64,000 bases of DNA from Tubiluchus corallicola. Lineage: Eukaryota > Animalia > Priapulida. Within the stretch, counting starts at the first letter, position 1. Every line of letters starts with the position of its first letter. The stretch covers positions 678,066 to 742,065 of the forward strand of contig JAQGDQ010000011.1 of the NCBI GenBank assembly GCA_030141605.1, read 5' to 3'. Shown piece after piece: positions 12,601 to 27,600 of this stretch. The notes under the pieces were generated by a model. That model searched no databases. It was not told the origin of the DNA and saw only the letters and a list, made by a program, of their open reading frames with translations. The position numbers and the translations under genes are program-made.

Positions 12601-15600
12601 ACTGCAAAATTTGCAACATAGACTCTGTGATGTTAACAATTTATGCAGCAAAATACTAGTCATTTTTCACATACTTTTTGACTTCAGAGTTCTTAACGAC
12701 AAAATGTGTTACTTCAAATAATAAAAAAATGCACATTACATGGGGACTGCATCAGATACATTGCTATGGCAATCCAAAAAGTTTGTTCAAAACTCTCACC
12801 TTTTCGCAGCTGCTAGTGTATCTGAACTGCTAGAGCTTGACAGGATGTCAGGATTGTTTAAATCAATTCCACTCTCTGTACTCGCTGAAGGAGGCTGTAT
12901 ACCAAGAAAACATTTTTACAGTTTACAGTAACAGCTAATATGCACAATAAATAACAGAAAAGTTATTTTATCTCAAAGGTGAATTGTCGACTGGTTGTAA
13001 GGAAATCCAATTACAGATGGCACTACAAGCACAAACTGTAAATTTACCTTTCAGTACTGCTAACTATTATATGGGTAGTTGCAGAATCATTACTACAGCA
13101 ACTGCTGCATTTACATACCTTACTAGACTTGATCGGAATTTTCTTCTTCGTGTGAATCTGAGTGGACATAAGTGCAGATAAATCAAAATCATCTTCAGGG
13201 TTTGGAGAAGCCAATTCTTTCTTTAGCCAGGCTGGAATCTGTAACAATTCTTACCATTAACAAGTTTATAAAATGCAACAATTTGGGTCCAGACCAGTAA
13301 AATGCACATACCTAACGTTTTTCCTTTGAAACCAAGTTGTGAAAAAGGTTTGCATCATAATGGTTTACCTCATGTTAATGCGCTAGTCATTAATAGTTAA
13401 ATCTTTTTCTCTGAACATCTTACTTACAAAAGGAATTGAAATATTAATTATACCGAACTTCGTGTATCAGAAAGTTTGGCCGTGATTTCATAATCACTGT
13501 TCATCTCGGGTTCCGAGTTCTCAGAACTGGTGAACTCATCTCCACCATCTCTGCTTGACGCGGAATTCGGAACTGCATCAATAATGAGATGCTCAGCACG
13601 CCGTTTACCAATCTTCTTCTTACGATTTTTCCGCCGAGGTGGCGCAGCTGTCGTATCAATTACAACCAGAATGTTATCTTGCTGAACAATCACTTCAGAT
13701 AACGTGATGACGTCCCAGTTACTTGGAGGTGGTATGTCTAGTCTATAGAACAAGCAAAATATTCAAAAACTCAAGACCAATGATAACACTTATACCAAAA
13801 TTAATAAGACGTACAAGTGTCTTCTAAGACATAGTGCAAAAAAACAAACAAAATGTCTTAAAATTGGAACAATATACCAGTAACATCACTCAAAATTTAC
13901 TTAGCTTGATTCTGAAATGATTTTTCTTGCACTAAATTATGAAACAGTAAAAAGTCTCAAATGTGCAGCACCTGAGTATTTGGGTGGGTTTCAAAACACT
14001 CTCGATTTCATCAGGTGTGTTCTTAGCCGTAAATCTACTCTCGGTGCTGAGAATTCTGCTGCGAGCCGATTTATCTCTTCCTGGGATGCTACGTACACTA
14101 CCTAGCAATATTAGAAGAATAGTCAGTCATTTCAATTTTTATACATTGTATTGTTCCACTTTCATTATTATCTACTATCCCATGAAATGTACATTGGAAT
14201 TGTACATATGCAATGTTTGGCCACATAGAGCAATACTTCAAAAATTTAAAACGAAAGGTCAAATTTAACGTACAAACAATTTTCTGTAATTAAAAGAGAT
14301 AATCATAACTTAAAATTTGACGTAACTTTATTAAATTTCATGGCTTTCTTCCGAATGAAATGCACTTTACCCCAAAACAATTTGTTCATTTTGCTCATGA
14401 AACTTCAGAAAATCGCAGGCAAAACAAATGTGCTAGTAACAGTTTCTTTAGATATCGAGTCATTTCTATGAGGCTAAATTTGTTATACAGCGAAATATGA
14501 CACGGTCACACCAGATTTCCTCTTACACAAATCACCAAGAAAATGTTAAAAGTATCAGAAAATCTTAGTTACAACATTTTCCTTCAGTTTTTATGTAAAA
14601 CTGAAACTTCATAAAGCATGCCGTAATTTACTTTTAAGAAGCTGAAGGTATAGCAGAACATCTATGATCTACGATTCAAAACTGTCTATCGCAGACAACA
14701 GACAATTACACAGTTATAACTCAAAGAAAAGATCACAAAAATTATTGGATGTCAAATAAGTAGTGGTGCTAATGTGATGATATAAGCACTGTGATAGTTC
14801 AAAAATCTGCAAGGTAAGACTAATTCTCCAGCATGTCCACTAGAGCATAAACACTATCTATATTATTGGAAATTAGTTGAGACAAGTGGAGATTTGCGTC
14901 TTCTCAAACTATAAAACATAGCTCTGCAAATCGTAAGAACAATTACTGTCCTTACCTGCGCTATTTGGCAACTCAGATAGGATGAGATCAGTCGCATCTT
15001 GTGACAGTGATGAGGTTTCATTGTGTAACGTGGAACTCATAGTGTCCCCTGACTGCACGGATTGCAGTTCCATTTCTCTATTTATTGAATGACTCTCTCC
15101 TAAAACACAGAGTAGTTTAGTTGGGCATTTTGTAAACTGCTGCAAGCGTAAAAGTAACACCTGCTACTTCCTGTTTCACATAAATATGCAGCATTTGTGG
15201 AAGTGTTTTGTCTGCATACGTAGGACACTCGTCTCAGTTCAGTAAACTTCTAGGGAATATCAGTTTTTGAGTGGAGTACAGGGGCCAATTATATTGATGC
15301 TATGAAATCCAAAAGAAGTCAATCAATTCAGATGCACTGGTGAGGATTTCATCCTGGGGGTAGAGAAAGCCCTAGTCCTTTGTGAGTCGTTGTTTCAACA
15401 GTCCCAAAGAGGTTGACTTATATATGACAATCAAACACAAACATTGCATAATTATAAATGATGGCTTGTATTAAGCAAAGATATTCCAACTTAAATGAGA
15501 TAAAACAGCATTAACTAGCAAAACTACATAAATTACTACAAAAAGACAATCACAGTTGTTCTGCCTTACAAAATTTGCACAAAAAAATGCATTAGCATAG

Positions 15601-18600
15601 TTCTGTTGTCTAAAGTGGTAACTTACACCAGCTTGCTAATAGTAGTTACCTAACAACTAATAACTTCAAATAACCCGTAGCATTACCGTGGGTTTGTTCA
15701 CAACCATTGCTCCCATTTGCTAAATCTTCTACTTCTTTGTTAGCTGCTACATTTGATTCTCCAGTTTTGGTGCTGTCATCAACATATAACACCTTTCGTG
15801 ATCCCCAAAAGTACAGAATGTTCTCCAATGAACAAGCAACTGTAAACTGTGCACCACAGCTAACAATCTAAAACAGTAAACAAGTAAGAGTTGTAAATTA
15901 AAAATCGTTTGCTATAAAGACTAAAACAAATAGAGGCATTACCACTAAACAACAGAGTTATAGAATATTTTAAGATAAGACATCTTTTTGGTTATGTACT
16001 TATAAGAAGCCTTATTTTTGTATACAAGATAAATTAGATAACATACACCCACTTATAAGCAACAGAAGCTACGGTAAACAAACTTTGTAAAGTTAGCAAA
16101 ATGCAATAGGTTTGTTATAGTTTGTTAAATATTCATGAGCAAATGTTAAAGCAAAAACGGTGTACTTGTCCTTTCCATGTTTTATTTAACTGTATTTATA
16201 GGCTCACAGTGTTCAATAAGTAGAGAAATAATAGCTCTCAAGAAACAGCAACAACAGAGTAAAGCTATATGCTTTCAAAAAATTTAGAATTTCTAACATC
16301 TCTTACGATGCTAAAATGTAAAAAAATTATCAACTAAGCAATTAAATTAACTTAGAAATATCTTTGATAATGACATAATGTAAATAATAAATTTTGATCT
16401 TACTGTTACACTTTCCCCAATGAGACTTTTTACAACCATAGGGTACATATGAGCTTTCATGTTTCCGTGACCTAGCTGAGCATGAGTGTTTCTGCCAAAT
16501 GTGACAACCTGAAAAAATTCAGTACAATCTTGCTAACTTAGGTCTGTTTTTAACGATAGTTAGTTACAACGTTAGCTACAATAATCAGCCTTTTTAAGCA
16601 GTGATGTCAGACATAATGTTATAGCTACATCACAGCACTGGGAATATAGTTTTTACAACAATCAAAAGTTTTCAATTAAAACTAGCATCCTTTAACTATT
16701 TGAACACAGACCCGAAATGACACAATAGGCCTCAATTCCTACCTGTACTGTACACCTTCAGTCACTAGCACCTATTCTCAAGTTCTAGCTTATCATAGTT
16801 ACAATCCAGCTAAATTGATTAATTAATCAGTTAGTTTAAAAAATGCTATTTTTGATACATAGTAAGTTTCATCAAAATATATTAACTTCCCCGTTGGATT
16901 AGCCTTTAAATAACATTCTAAAACACGCATTTCCGAATAGCAAATTCCCAACACTGACACATAAACAAGATTTAGGTTACCTGGCCAGGTTCCAGCAATG
17001 CTGCCGTGTGATTTGGTCCCATCGAAACGCATAGAACTCGAGATTTGAAGGCTTTCACGGGAGTTGGTGTCTTCGTTCCCTCAACTTCCGCCTAACAATA
17101 ACAAATAAAGTAATATTATCATTTTATTTGCTGTCATGTTCGCATATTGTCAGCTTGCGATCAGATCGCATAGTGTGAAGTCGTAAAACAACAGAAATAA
17201 CTTTTGAACTACAGTCTTGAGAAAGAATGGCTTTCGTTTATTATGCCAAACACTTCTGTAGAGAAAATAACTAGTTTCCTAGTACCAAAACAAAGTGCAA
17301 TAGCAGTAAAGTTATGATTCACTTTATACCAAATCTTAGAGGCAGCACAGCTCTCTGTACTTTGCGTCTTTTCTCCATTTTCTGCTTCACCTTTTTTAAA
17401 AGCCAGAGCTGTTTCTTTTTTATACTAGTTATTGTATCGTTATACTGATGAAGTAAATACAAAAAACCAGGTGAATATACTCTATATCATGACGTTTCAC
17501 AATAGTCAAAACCCGGCACAATGATTACATTGTCATATTTGAAATGTGTTTGTGAATTTCAGCATTAATTTTCAGCCTTCACAAATGCCCAACCAATGAG
17601 CTTGCTTAGTAGTATCATTATTAAAGTAATTAGTAGACAATAATAATAATTGTTCAGTAACAACAACCACCACCGCCGCCTCCGCCACAACAACAACAAC
17701 AACAACAATAGATAATAAATAGAATACATATACAATGACTAGTAATTAAATAATAAAAAATAAGCAACAGATTAAAAGAAATGCCTAAGCTACACAGAGA
17801 ACACTAAAAACAACAAATTTAGTCTGACATGAGATGATAAACAGATAAACATGCCTAGAGTGTTTTGCAGCTGAATGTCAGTAGATGAGAGTTAAACACC
17901 AAAAAACACTGCAAAACACCAATATGAAAGTTGAGCTGTGATAAAAACTTGTGTCAACAAAGGGCAGTCAAGTTTGCTTATAAGGAGGCATTCTAAACAT
18001 AGAATATTTTCAGTGATTAAAGGAAAAACTTTTGAGTTCAGCTTGTGAGATGAAAAGTAGTGTCACATACTTTGTTGATAAGCTGTCGCATTTGTTGAAA
18101 GAATCCATAACGTTGATTCAATCCTAGTTTATTGTACTTGTTACTACCACATGCGAGAACCGTGCCCGCATCCGTGATAAACATTGTTCCATCCGTCCCA
18201 CAATGCACTTGTCGAATAATTACCGGTTCTTCTATAGTAACCAAGGATGGAATATTGCTGAAATAAGCAAAAATTTGAAACTTTTCCTAAGCAGAAGAAG
18301 CCAGTGTGATGCGAAAGTCTGGCTGCTATGATTTGCAAAAATTCTGTTTCACTTTCAATTCAATTCAGCTATAACTTTAGTCAGTTATACAATATAATGT
18401 TAAATTCTTTCCTCCCACAAAAAGAAAGTGCAAAAATAACAAACAGTAATAAGTAAATTACTATCGAAACACAAAATGTAGCATAACATACAATTTCAGT
18501 TTGACACATAAAAAAGCACACAAAAAATCCTGTACTTACAAAAAGCTAAAAAAATCGGCTTGAAATATTGTATCACCTACATATTGTCTTTTTGCATGCA

Positions 18601-21600
18601 GAACTTGCATTAGCTGTAATACTACATAGAACCTGTAAGTTTAAACTCCCATGATAACCATTAGGCGGAGGCATGTTGACGGTACATCATTTGAAACAAG
18701 TTTAGATAACATTGCGTAAAGTTTGAAAAAATAATCAGAGCACAAGCTTCACTAACTAAGGAACGGTTTAAATTACTTTGTATTTACAGTAAGAATAAAA
18801 ATACGTTTCTGGTGAGTCAGTGGTGCACACTGGGAATGTGAGTCAGTTACACTTTACCAATTGGCACAAATATTTTATATTATTAAGAATTTTGTTTTCT
18901 AGTTACATAAATCTTTCAAACAGGTAACTGCAACACTAAACAATATAACTTTGCGCGGAAAGTTTTTTTGGAACACAATTCAAAATTGGCTTTCCTTCCC
19001 CTTTAAGTATTGCTTCAAGGTACGACAAGAGCTGTTAAATACATACGGCACTGACATTCTTTAGCTTTTCACGTCATATTGACATTGCGTACAATAAAGG
19101 CCAAATTATGTCAGACTTGCCACTTTCTCCATGAGAAAAAAATGTAGAGCTCAGTAGCTTAATTAATAATTAGGAATACGTGTTTAATAATTAACAGTTC
19201 AATTTTACCTAATTAATGGTCCTGAAATCAATCAAGGTAGTCTAGAAAAACCTTAATTTTTAATGAACTTGACTGTAATTAATAACTCAAGCCAGCATAT
19301 GTATGAATGAAAACTTATCATTGTTTTTACATTATACACTTACAGCCTTGTCACAAATTCTCAAAATTCTCAAATTGGATGCCACTTGAAGTGCAGCAAA
19401 ATTTAGAACTGAGAAATGCTGGGTAAATGCATGTGCCCGTAATGAAGCAACATTAATTTCTCATTCCTTAAGAAATATATGAATCTGTACAGCTCCATGC
19501 TTTCCATATGAAACAGCATAGTGTGAACTACACAAAATCTTACCGGTCCAACTCCGTTCCTAGTCCAAGTCTTCCATCAGCTCCACAACCCCAAGCATAG
19601 ACTGCACCATCGCTGCTAGCAACAACTACGTGTCGTGGACCGCTAGCAATAGATGTTACATCGACACTAAAATAATAATGCGGCTATACAGTCGTGCGTA
19701 CTCTAGAATATGTTATCTCAGTTGGTAGGCATCATTCAAAATAAATTTCTGTAATTTCTCTTTCTGAAATAACTGCACAAAATTTATACTTGAATGTCAG
19801 ACAAGCTTAAAACAAAACCTCAAACTAGTTATATAACAGTGTGTACAAACAATAACATATAACTGCGGCATCAAATAATAGTTTAGTTTTATCCTACAAA
19901 AATACACACAAATTTACATAAACAACAATAAGTTTCACAAGTGTTGAGCTTATTTAATTGGTATCGGTTAGTTAAACACATTTCAGTATTTTGTAATACG
20001 ATAATAGATTAATTCTAATAATTACAAATGTAAATTGAAGTTCACGTCAATTGAAAATAATAGAAAAAATGAAATTTACTTATATAAAGCTGAAAAAAAC
20101 TTAAGTGTATAAAGCCAGAATGTACAAACAAGATTCAGCTCCAATGCTTAGCTTTTGCCTGCTCCTGACAATGAACAGAATAAGAAAACATGTAATTTTG
20201 TCTGTTTTTTGGCACTCAGTGAATACCTGAGAAGAGCCTCAATAAGTCTAGGTCGACTAGCATTTGACCAATCACCATGCCCAAGACAACCGGAACTGCC
20301 ATCACCGCATGTCATTATAATACCATTATCACTGGAGAATATACTAAAGCCTTCGCCGGCACATGCCCTGCATAAAAAAGTCATGTCAGAACTGCAGAGT
20401 AAGACTAATGAAAGCAGAAACAAACAAACGCTATATAAATTTCATTTACGAAAACCAATTACATATATTTACTTATTTTACGGTGAGATAGCTGAGTGGT
20501 CATAGTACTTGTTTAGTGATCAAAGTGAAGGCTTGGATAGCACTTGGATAGGTAGAAAATGCTTCTGGGCAGCTTTATTTGCCATACTACTGCCGTGCTA
20601 TTTGAAACATAGCCAAGGGACAATTTATACATATTCAGCCAGACATATCTGCCAATTCAGTATCTATTCTGAAAGGCTTATCCTTGAATAACTGGGAATC
20701 ATCTGCCACAACCACTACATTAATTAGGTCCAGCCGCTGACTGCCAGTCACTGCAGTATGCTAAACCATGTAAAATATATATTATATTTCCATCAACTTC
20801 CAAGCTTGCGATTTTATGCGCAAGTAAAAAAAAATTAGAAAAATCATACAATAAACACATAAACATAAAAGTACCTTGCTATAGATTTGCCCTTCAAAGG
20901 TATAACAAGAGTCGGTACATTTCGAGGCTGTAGGTCCCCATGTCCTAGCTGTCCTTTGTCATTGGCACCATAGGTATACACTGCTCTGTCCATTGTCACT
21001 ATTATAATATGACTTGAACTGGCAGCAACCTGATAATGACAACTCAATAGTTGAAAAAGAAAATGCATAACATGTCCAAATTCAGTGATAAATCTTACCT
21101 TTGTGATTCTTACCTGATCAGATCTTACCAGAGCAATGTTTATAAGTGATTACTTCAACACACCTAGAGTACAGGGTTGATTCCAAGTTTTTTAAATGTT
21201 TGATGTTCGATAGTGTTTCGATTTTAACTGACAATTTTCGATTCACTATGATTCGTATTCAATTTTCATGTGAAAAACGCCGTTTTCAAACTACGCAATC
21301 ATGTTTCTTGCTGTAATGTAAGGATATTTATTCCTCAGTATCAGCACATTGCACGAATTGCACACAATATGGGTATTAGAATTTTTGATGCTCTCAGTGA
21401 AAAAGTTCCACACGAAGCTTTTCTTCTAACTTCATTAGCTTACGCCAATTATAATTATCACTTACGGTGATTCAACGGCACATGATTGTGAGAAATGTTT
21501 AACGAGTGGCAGAATGTGAACTTGCATTAAGAATGCATCAAGATATTAAATAATGGGGGGGGTGCAGTTATAAGAACGGAAATTCTTAATTGCAACATCA

Positions 21601-24600
21601 GTCCATTTTTTCAATTTTCAATTTCGAGGAGTTCCATGTTCCGAGAAAATAAAAGCAGCTCCACCAGAAAACTAGCAATAAGAGTGCCCTAAAAACATCT
21701 GATTATAATGTTTGAAAAAAGCATCGACAATTTAATAATACTTTTGAGAATATCAACTATTTTGCATAATGACTGGTAATTTGCCTATCTACCATCAATT
21801 TTAAAAACTGAAGTGACAGGTTTACCTGTCGGACTTTAGCTTTTACTGGAAGCTGCAATGTGTGACGACGCATGCTGTTAATATCGAAATTGTACACAAC
21901 GGATCTGCTCCGTTTCTTTTTATTATTGGAAGAATTGTTTGTATTTTTTGTATCATCATCCACATCAGTTGCAGCATCTTCGACTCGGCTCAATAACTAT
22001 ATGCAACAAAAACACATATTATTACTATTTCTAAAGAAAATTTCAATCTAAGTCTGAAGAAAAAAGATTTTAATTGTAGACCAGCTATTATTTATGTCCC
22101 AGGTTTAAATCCATGCTTTGTCTTTTACATTTTCCATTCTCTCGATCAAGTTTGCGTTCTAAATTTCGTAAACGGTTGATACAGTCTAGTTTTGATTGTG
22201 AAAAGATGATTTAAAATGAACTAAAATTTCTCTTCAATTTATTATTAATATCATCATAGTTGTAGTGGAAACAAAAACTGTGTCATCACAAAGTCATTAT
22301 AGACCAGAAAATGGCCAAGACCAACTGAGGTTTAAGATTCTTTTCTTAACGTGTCTTGCAAAAAGTGATAAAAACGTAAATAAAATGACTGTTACAACTG
22401 CTCACCATTGTGACTGTTTTTTGCAGTTACAGTTACTGTACAATAGCATCATTTTACATGCAACTCATTTCTATCATCTTTGCAAAACAAACACACAAGC
22501 ATATTCTGAGCATAATTAATTTCTGAGTGTAGTTAGTATAACACTACCTAAAAGGTTATTTATCTCAACACTGACTATGACAGTAAAAGAAATTGATTGG
22601 CACAACGTCACAGCATAATTGTATTCCTTCTATTGTCCTCTAGTGAAGTTTATTCTATAGATTCTATCAGCAAAGAAGGGTTGAATGTACTTGGATCACA
22701 TAAAATATTCAAACATCTGCAGTTATATTTTAATGCTTTAATATTACTACAAGAACAAAAGTGTAATAGTATAAAAAGCTGCACATTGCACATACCTCGG
22801 GCAGTCGGGCATAAAGTAACTCATTGGCAGAAGGTCTGTACTCTGGTTCCCGCTGTAACATATCCCTCACCAAATCCTTAAACTCTATGCTATAACTACC
22901 TTTGACAGGCGCGAATTGACCCTAGATGCAATCAGAAATAAGAAGCTGTTATTGTGCAAATAATACTTTAATCAAACCTGCAGAGAACGAACTTGTAAAT
23001 GCATTTGAAGATAATACTTCAAAACACATAAAGGTGTATATTGTTGAGTAACGAACTTTAGAGACTATTCACTTAACACAAACTGGTTTTTCATAATAAT
23101 AAACTTGTGCCTTAAAGATTTCTTGAATTCTCAACAAAACGTTTTAGTTTGTGCTGCTATAACAAAGGGGCCTAAAATAATCTCGATAAATACGCATCTG
23201 GGATTTTAATGAATTCAATATTGAGTGTGAAGATACTAATCAGTCTGTCAGTAAAGCATATTATAATTTGTTTCGTCTATTTCAATGTAACAGCTGCAGC
23301 TGCAATATATGTTATAGTGTTCACCTTTAGTTATTGGCTGTTGTACGATTACCTTCATAATCTTGTTAACAAGAGCAGGTAAATTTGTCCCTTCAAACGT
23401 TTTCTGCCGACATGCCATCTCATACAGGATGCATCCCAAAGCCCATATATCTGATTTCTCATTGTAAGGTTTCCCTTCACACTGAAACATGTCAAACATA
23501 CACGACTGCAAACACGTAAAACTTTATTATGGAATTTAATTATAAATGGTAAACCTTTCTTGCTTTTTTATAGTTAAGTAACTGTAAGAACCTGGAAATG
23601 ACAAAACAGAAGTTGACCAAAAGAGTTTGAACGTGTTTATTTCAATAAATGAATGTAACTAAATCGGTTTAGTAATCTTGGACTGGTAAATATCCATACA
23701 AACCTGCAAGAATGCAGATTTGACAGCACTAAACCGATAGCTAAACATGCTTGATTAGCAGACGACCTAAAGAGGACACTTGACATTACAATCAGATGAG
23801 CAGAGAAATTGGTTAAGCAAGTTGCCCCCCCCCCCCCCGTACACAATTTCATCATGGTAATAAGAATAAGTATTAAATGACAAATCCCCCAATATTGAAA
23901 CAAATAGCCCTTTGTTATTAAAACTAATATTGAATATTAGCTTTATTTATACACAAACACACACACATCTGCGCGCACAAATATGCACTCATGCGTGCAC
24001 ACGCGTGCACACCCACACAAATAAGCACATTCTTATATTTAAAGGCCAATTTTCACAAAAGTCATATTACTAATCCATAATATGCAATTATTTTAGAAGA
24101 ATGCAGAACAAGTGACTAAGCACGTTTCACCAACTATCAACAAGCAATTTTGCATGAGAACGTACTATACAGTACAGTACTATGGAATGCACCTGGCTTC
24201 AGACGCTGATGGTGGGCTGGTTAGCGTTACTTGTTGAGAAGCAACCCTAATCCCACAGCTGTTAAACTTTTCTACAATGTTTTTGCATGGCCGTAGCAGT
24301 GAAATAAAGAGACCTGGGTAAATGCACTTAGGGCAGAGCTCGGGCGGCAGTCTGCCGCCTTCCATCCCTTACAAGGAGAACATAGGCGGCAGTGTGCCGC
24401 CTTCTGTAGTGAAAGAGTTAATGCTGAAGCAGTGATCTGGCAGAGGTGTCTTCATCATATTCAGATCTGTACAACTTCTCCATAAATGACAGAAATAATC
24501 AGAAGCAGGGTATAACAGATAAAATCACATAGAAGCTATTTTTCTACGGTCTTCCTTACACTTACTAACCTGGCTATAAAGTACCTAACTTCACAGACAT

Positions 24601-27600
24601 ATTCACATCGTGATCACTCTAAAATTCCCTTTCCTCCATTGAAAAATTTAATCGCCGAAGAACTTACCATTTCTGGGCTTATATAATAAGGTGTGCCAAG
24701 CACAGTTTGTGCAGCATGGCTTGTCGTAGACATCATCTTTGATATGCCAAAGTCTCCAATCTTAACGATTCCTTCTTTTGTCAAAAATATATTTTGCGTT
24801 TTCAAATCTCTGCAAAAAGCAAAATTTTGTTCACTATTGAAAGTAATGAAATGCTCAAATTCAGAGACATGAAATGGTGAATCACTTATTAAACAACACT
24901 TAGTGTATCAGCTGCTAATGAACACCTTCAATTCGTGCAAACGTAGGCATTAATTTATGGTTCGTGCAACAATTATTCACCTAAAGTACTTGAAACCATG
25001 CGAGAACTCAAAGTGTTCCCTTATACCTCAAGAGTGAGTTTCATTACAGACTTACTTAAGTTTGCAATCTGAGCATTAAATATAGGACAGCAGTATAAAA
25101 TATATATCAAGCAACACAAATATAGTTTTTCCTCACTAAAAAGCTCTTCGCATACCACCATAATGGTTACATTAATTAAACTTGATATGACCTTGATCAC
25201 CTGGTTCATAATGCAGCTTATATGCACTTCAATAAATCGATAATAGCTACCGTTATATTAATCACTTTCCATAAATACAACAATGCCAGTGCGATGGTTA
25301 AGAGCTTCAAATAGCAGTTGATCGAAAACATATTGAACATGCAATTCATGCATAGTAAGCACTTCACTAAATCAATAACTTATATTACATACCTGTGTAA
25401 GATACTGTGTTCATGCATATGACGAATTCCTGACACCATTTGTTGGAACAAATGCAGGACTTCCATCTCCTTGAGAGGTTCGCTGTGCTTGGACAGCAAC
25501 TGTGCCAACGTTCTTTAAAATGAACATACACATACAACAACATGTACCGAGTCACTGCTGGTGGATTTAAGCACAAATTTCATAGTAACTATAACAAAAA
25601 TTCATATAGACGCGAACATGAGATCTTATTTTATGACAACTTATTTTGCAAATACAGGAGAACAGAAACTTCTATTATACCTTACTTATGACTAAAAAAG
25701 ATCTTAAAAACTTGACAGCCATTTTTGTCTAGAGCTCAAAAGAACTGCTGCCCTTTAGCTAAATCCAGTGTAATAAACTTAAAATATCAATTAGGGCTAA
25801 GAATACACATGATAATGCAAAATGCATGTGTCATCAAGCACGAAAATTTCTACAGGCAATGGCAATAACTATAACAGGTTTTGTTTTCAGCAAAAATCAG
25901 CCTGCAAATGCAAAAATGTGTTTTGTTTCCAATCACAACTTGGGAATGACTGCAAAATATTAAAATCAGATTCTTTTTTGATGGTTTGCAATCTGCATGA
26001 TCAACTGGTAACTTGTGCATTTGCTGAGTTTCTTGCGGCTCAAACCATTAAATCATTTGTTTAAATTATGCTCCTAGACCAAAACAACATAATAGTATTT
26101 TACAATAGCATTTCATAGTGTTCACTATTTACTTGCAGATCACAAAATATTAGTGTAGTGCAAATGGTATTCAGTGTTTTACACCTACCCTCCATCGGCA
26201 TATTCCATCTCAATCATTAAGATGCCGTCTTCTTCAAAACTATCATAATAACTGATAATGTTTGGATGATCAAGCAGGGCCAACACTTTCACTTCATTGA
26301 GTGCCATCTGTCGCTCACTGGCACTCAGATCATGCATGTTGATCTCTTTCAAAATAACTAGAGATTCGTCTTCCCTTCGCCTGTACAAAACAGCCGTTCC
26401 ATATGCTCCTTTCCCTACTGTTCTTATCCGCTCATAACCTGCCGTTGTTTGAGTGTTTGAACTCGGACGTCCACTTAATCCTCGCAGCTTTTCTGACCGA
26501 AAATACAAATCTCCAACACAAAGTTTACGGGAAATGTCTTCTGTGGGTACACCATCAGATACATCAGCACCAAAAATATCTTTGGAAATGCACACGGTAA
26601 CGCCAGTCAAGGATTCCAGTTCCCTCATCACCAACTCACTTTCAGGAGCCGGAGCCACTCCGCACAACAGAAAATCTAAACGTGCATTAGAACCGATCGT
26701 GTTAACGTAATTTACAACCAGCTTGGTGAAAAACTCGCGAACAGATTCATTTTCAGTGATCGTTGTTGCAGTCAACACCTTCAAAAATCAAAGAGGAATA
26801 AGTTCAGACATCTCCCATCAATAGCTGAATACCCTCTACTAAGAAGCATATTTAAATTGCTAAAACCAAAACACCCACAATTTCTGCAGACATCGTATCT
26901 GCATTATTACATCTTAACATACATGCTTGTTAAATCAAATTTTCAAACGTAATATATTACAGACCTTTTCTCCTATGCGACAAACATTTATCTGTAGACC
27001 TGAACCTGTCATTATTATGGCAATACTGTCTACCTTCTTTCCTGCTAAACAATCAGCTATCATACCTGTAAAAGAAACAATGCAACATTGCAGCTTCTAA
27101 GAAATCTCTTTAAATTAGTATGACTTCTCAGAAAATTGAAATAAAACGAATGTTTGACTACATTATCACATACATACCATTTATATTTTCTAGAGACGAA
27201 GAGTCATACTTGTAGTTGACAACAATTATATTAGGCAGAGCAGCATTTGTGAGAGCTGAAGAGTTTTTTACTCTGCTTGAGATGAGCAAGAGTCTTGGTG
27301 GGGCAGATGTGTCTAAAAGTATTCAAAACAAATATATATAAATTTTAAAAGTACTCACAGACTTATAATTCAGCCAAGTTCAAGATAGCGCACATTTAAA
27401 CGTATGCAGTGTTAATGCAAACTGTGCCATGCACAAAATCTCATCTTTAGTATTGTTGAGATACATTAATGCTAAACGGGAAAAATTTATTTCAAATAGA
27501 AATGGGTCAATCAATAAATTGGCATTAAGTACATGCAAGTCATTTTTAAATATAGCCAAAAAATGAAACTGATGCAGTAACTGTGTAGGGACAACATTTC

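Noticed and set aside
13048-13118. Longer form of NEK exon 20 using the donor at 13047
   Set aside because: The phase-2 end does not match the phase-0 next exon, whereas the donor after 13119 does.
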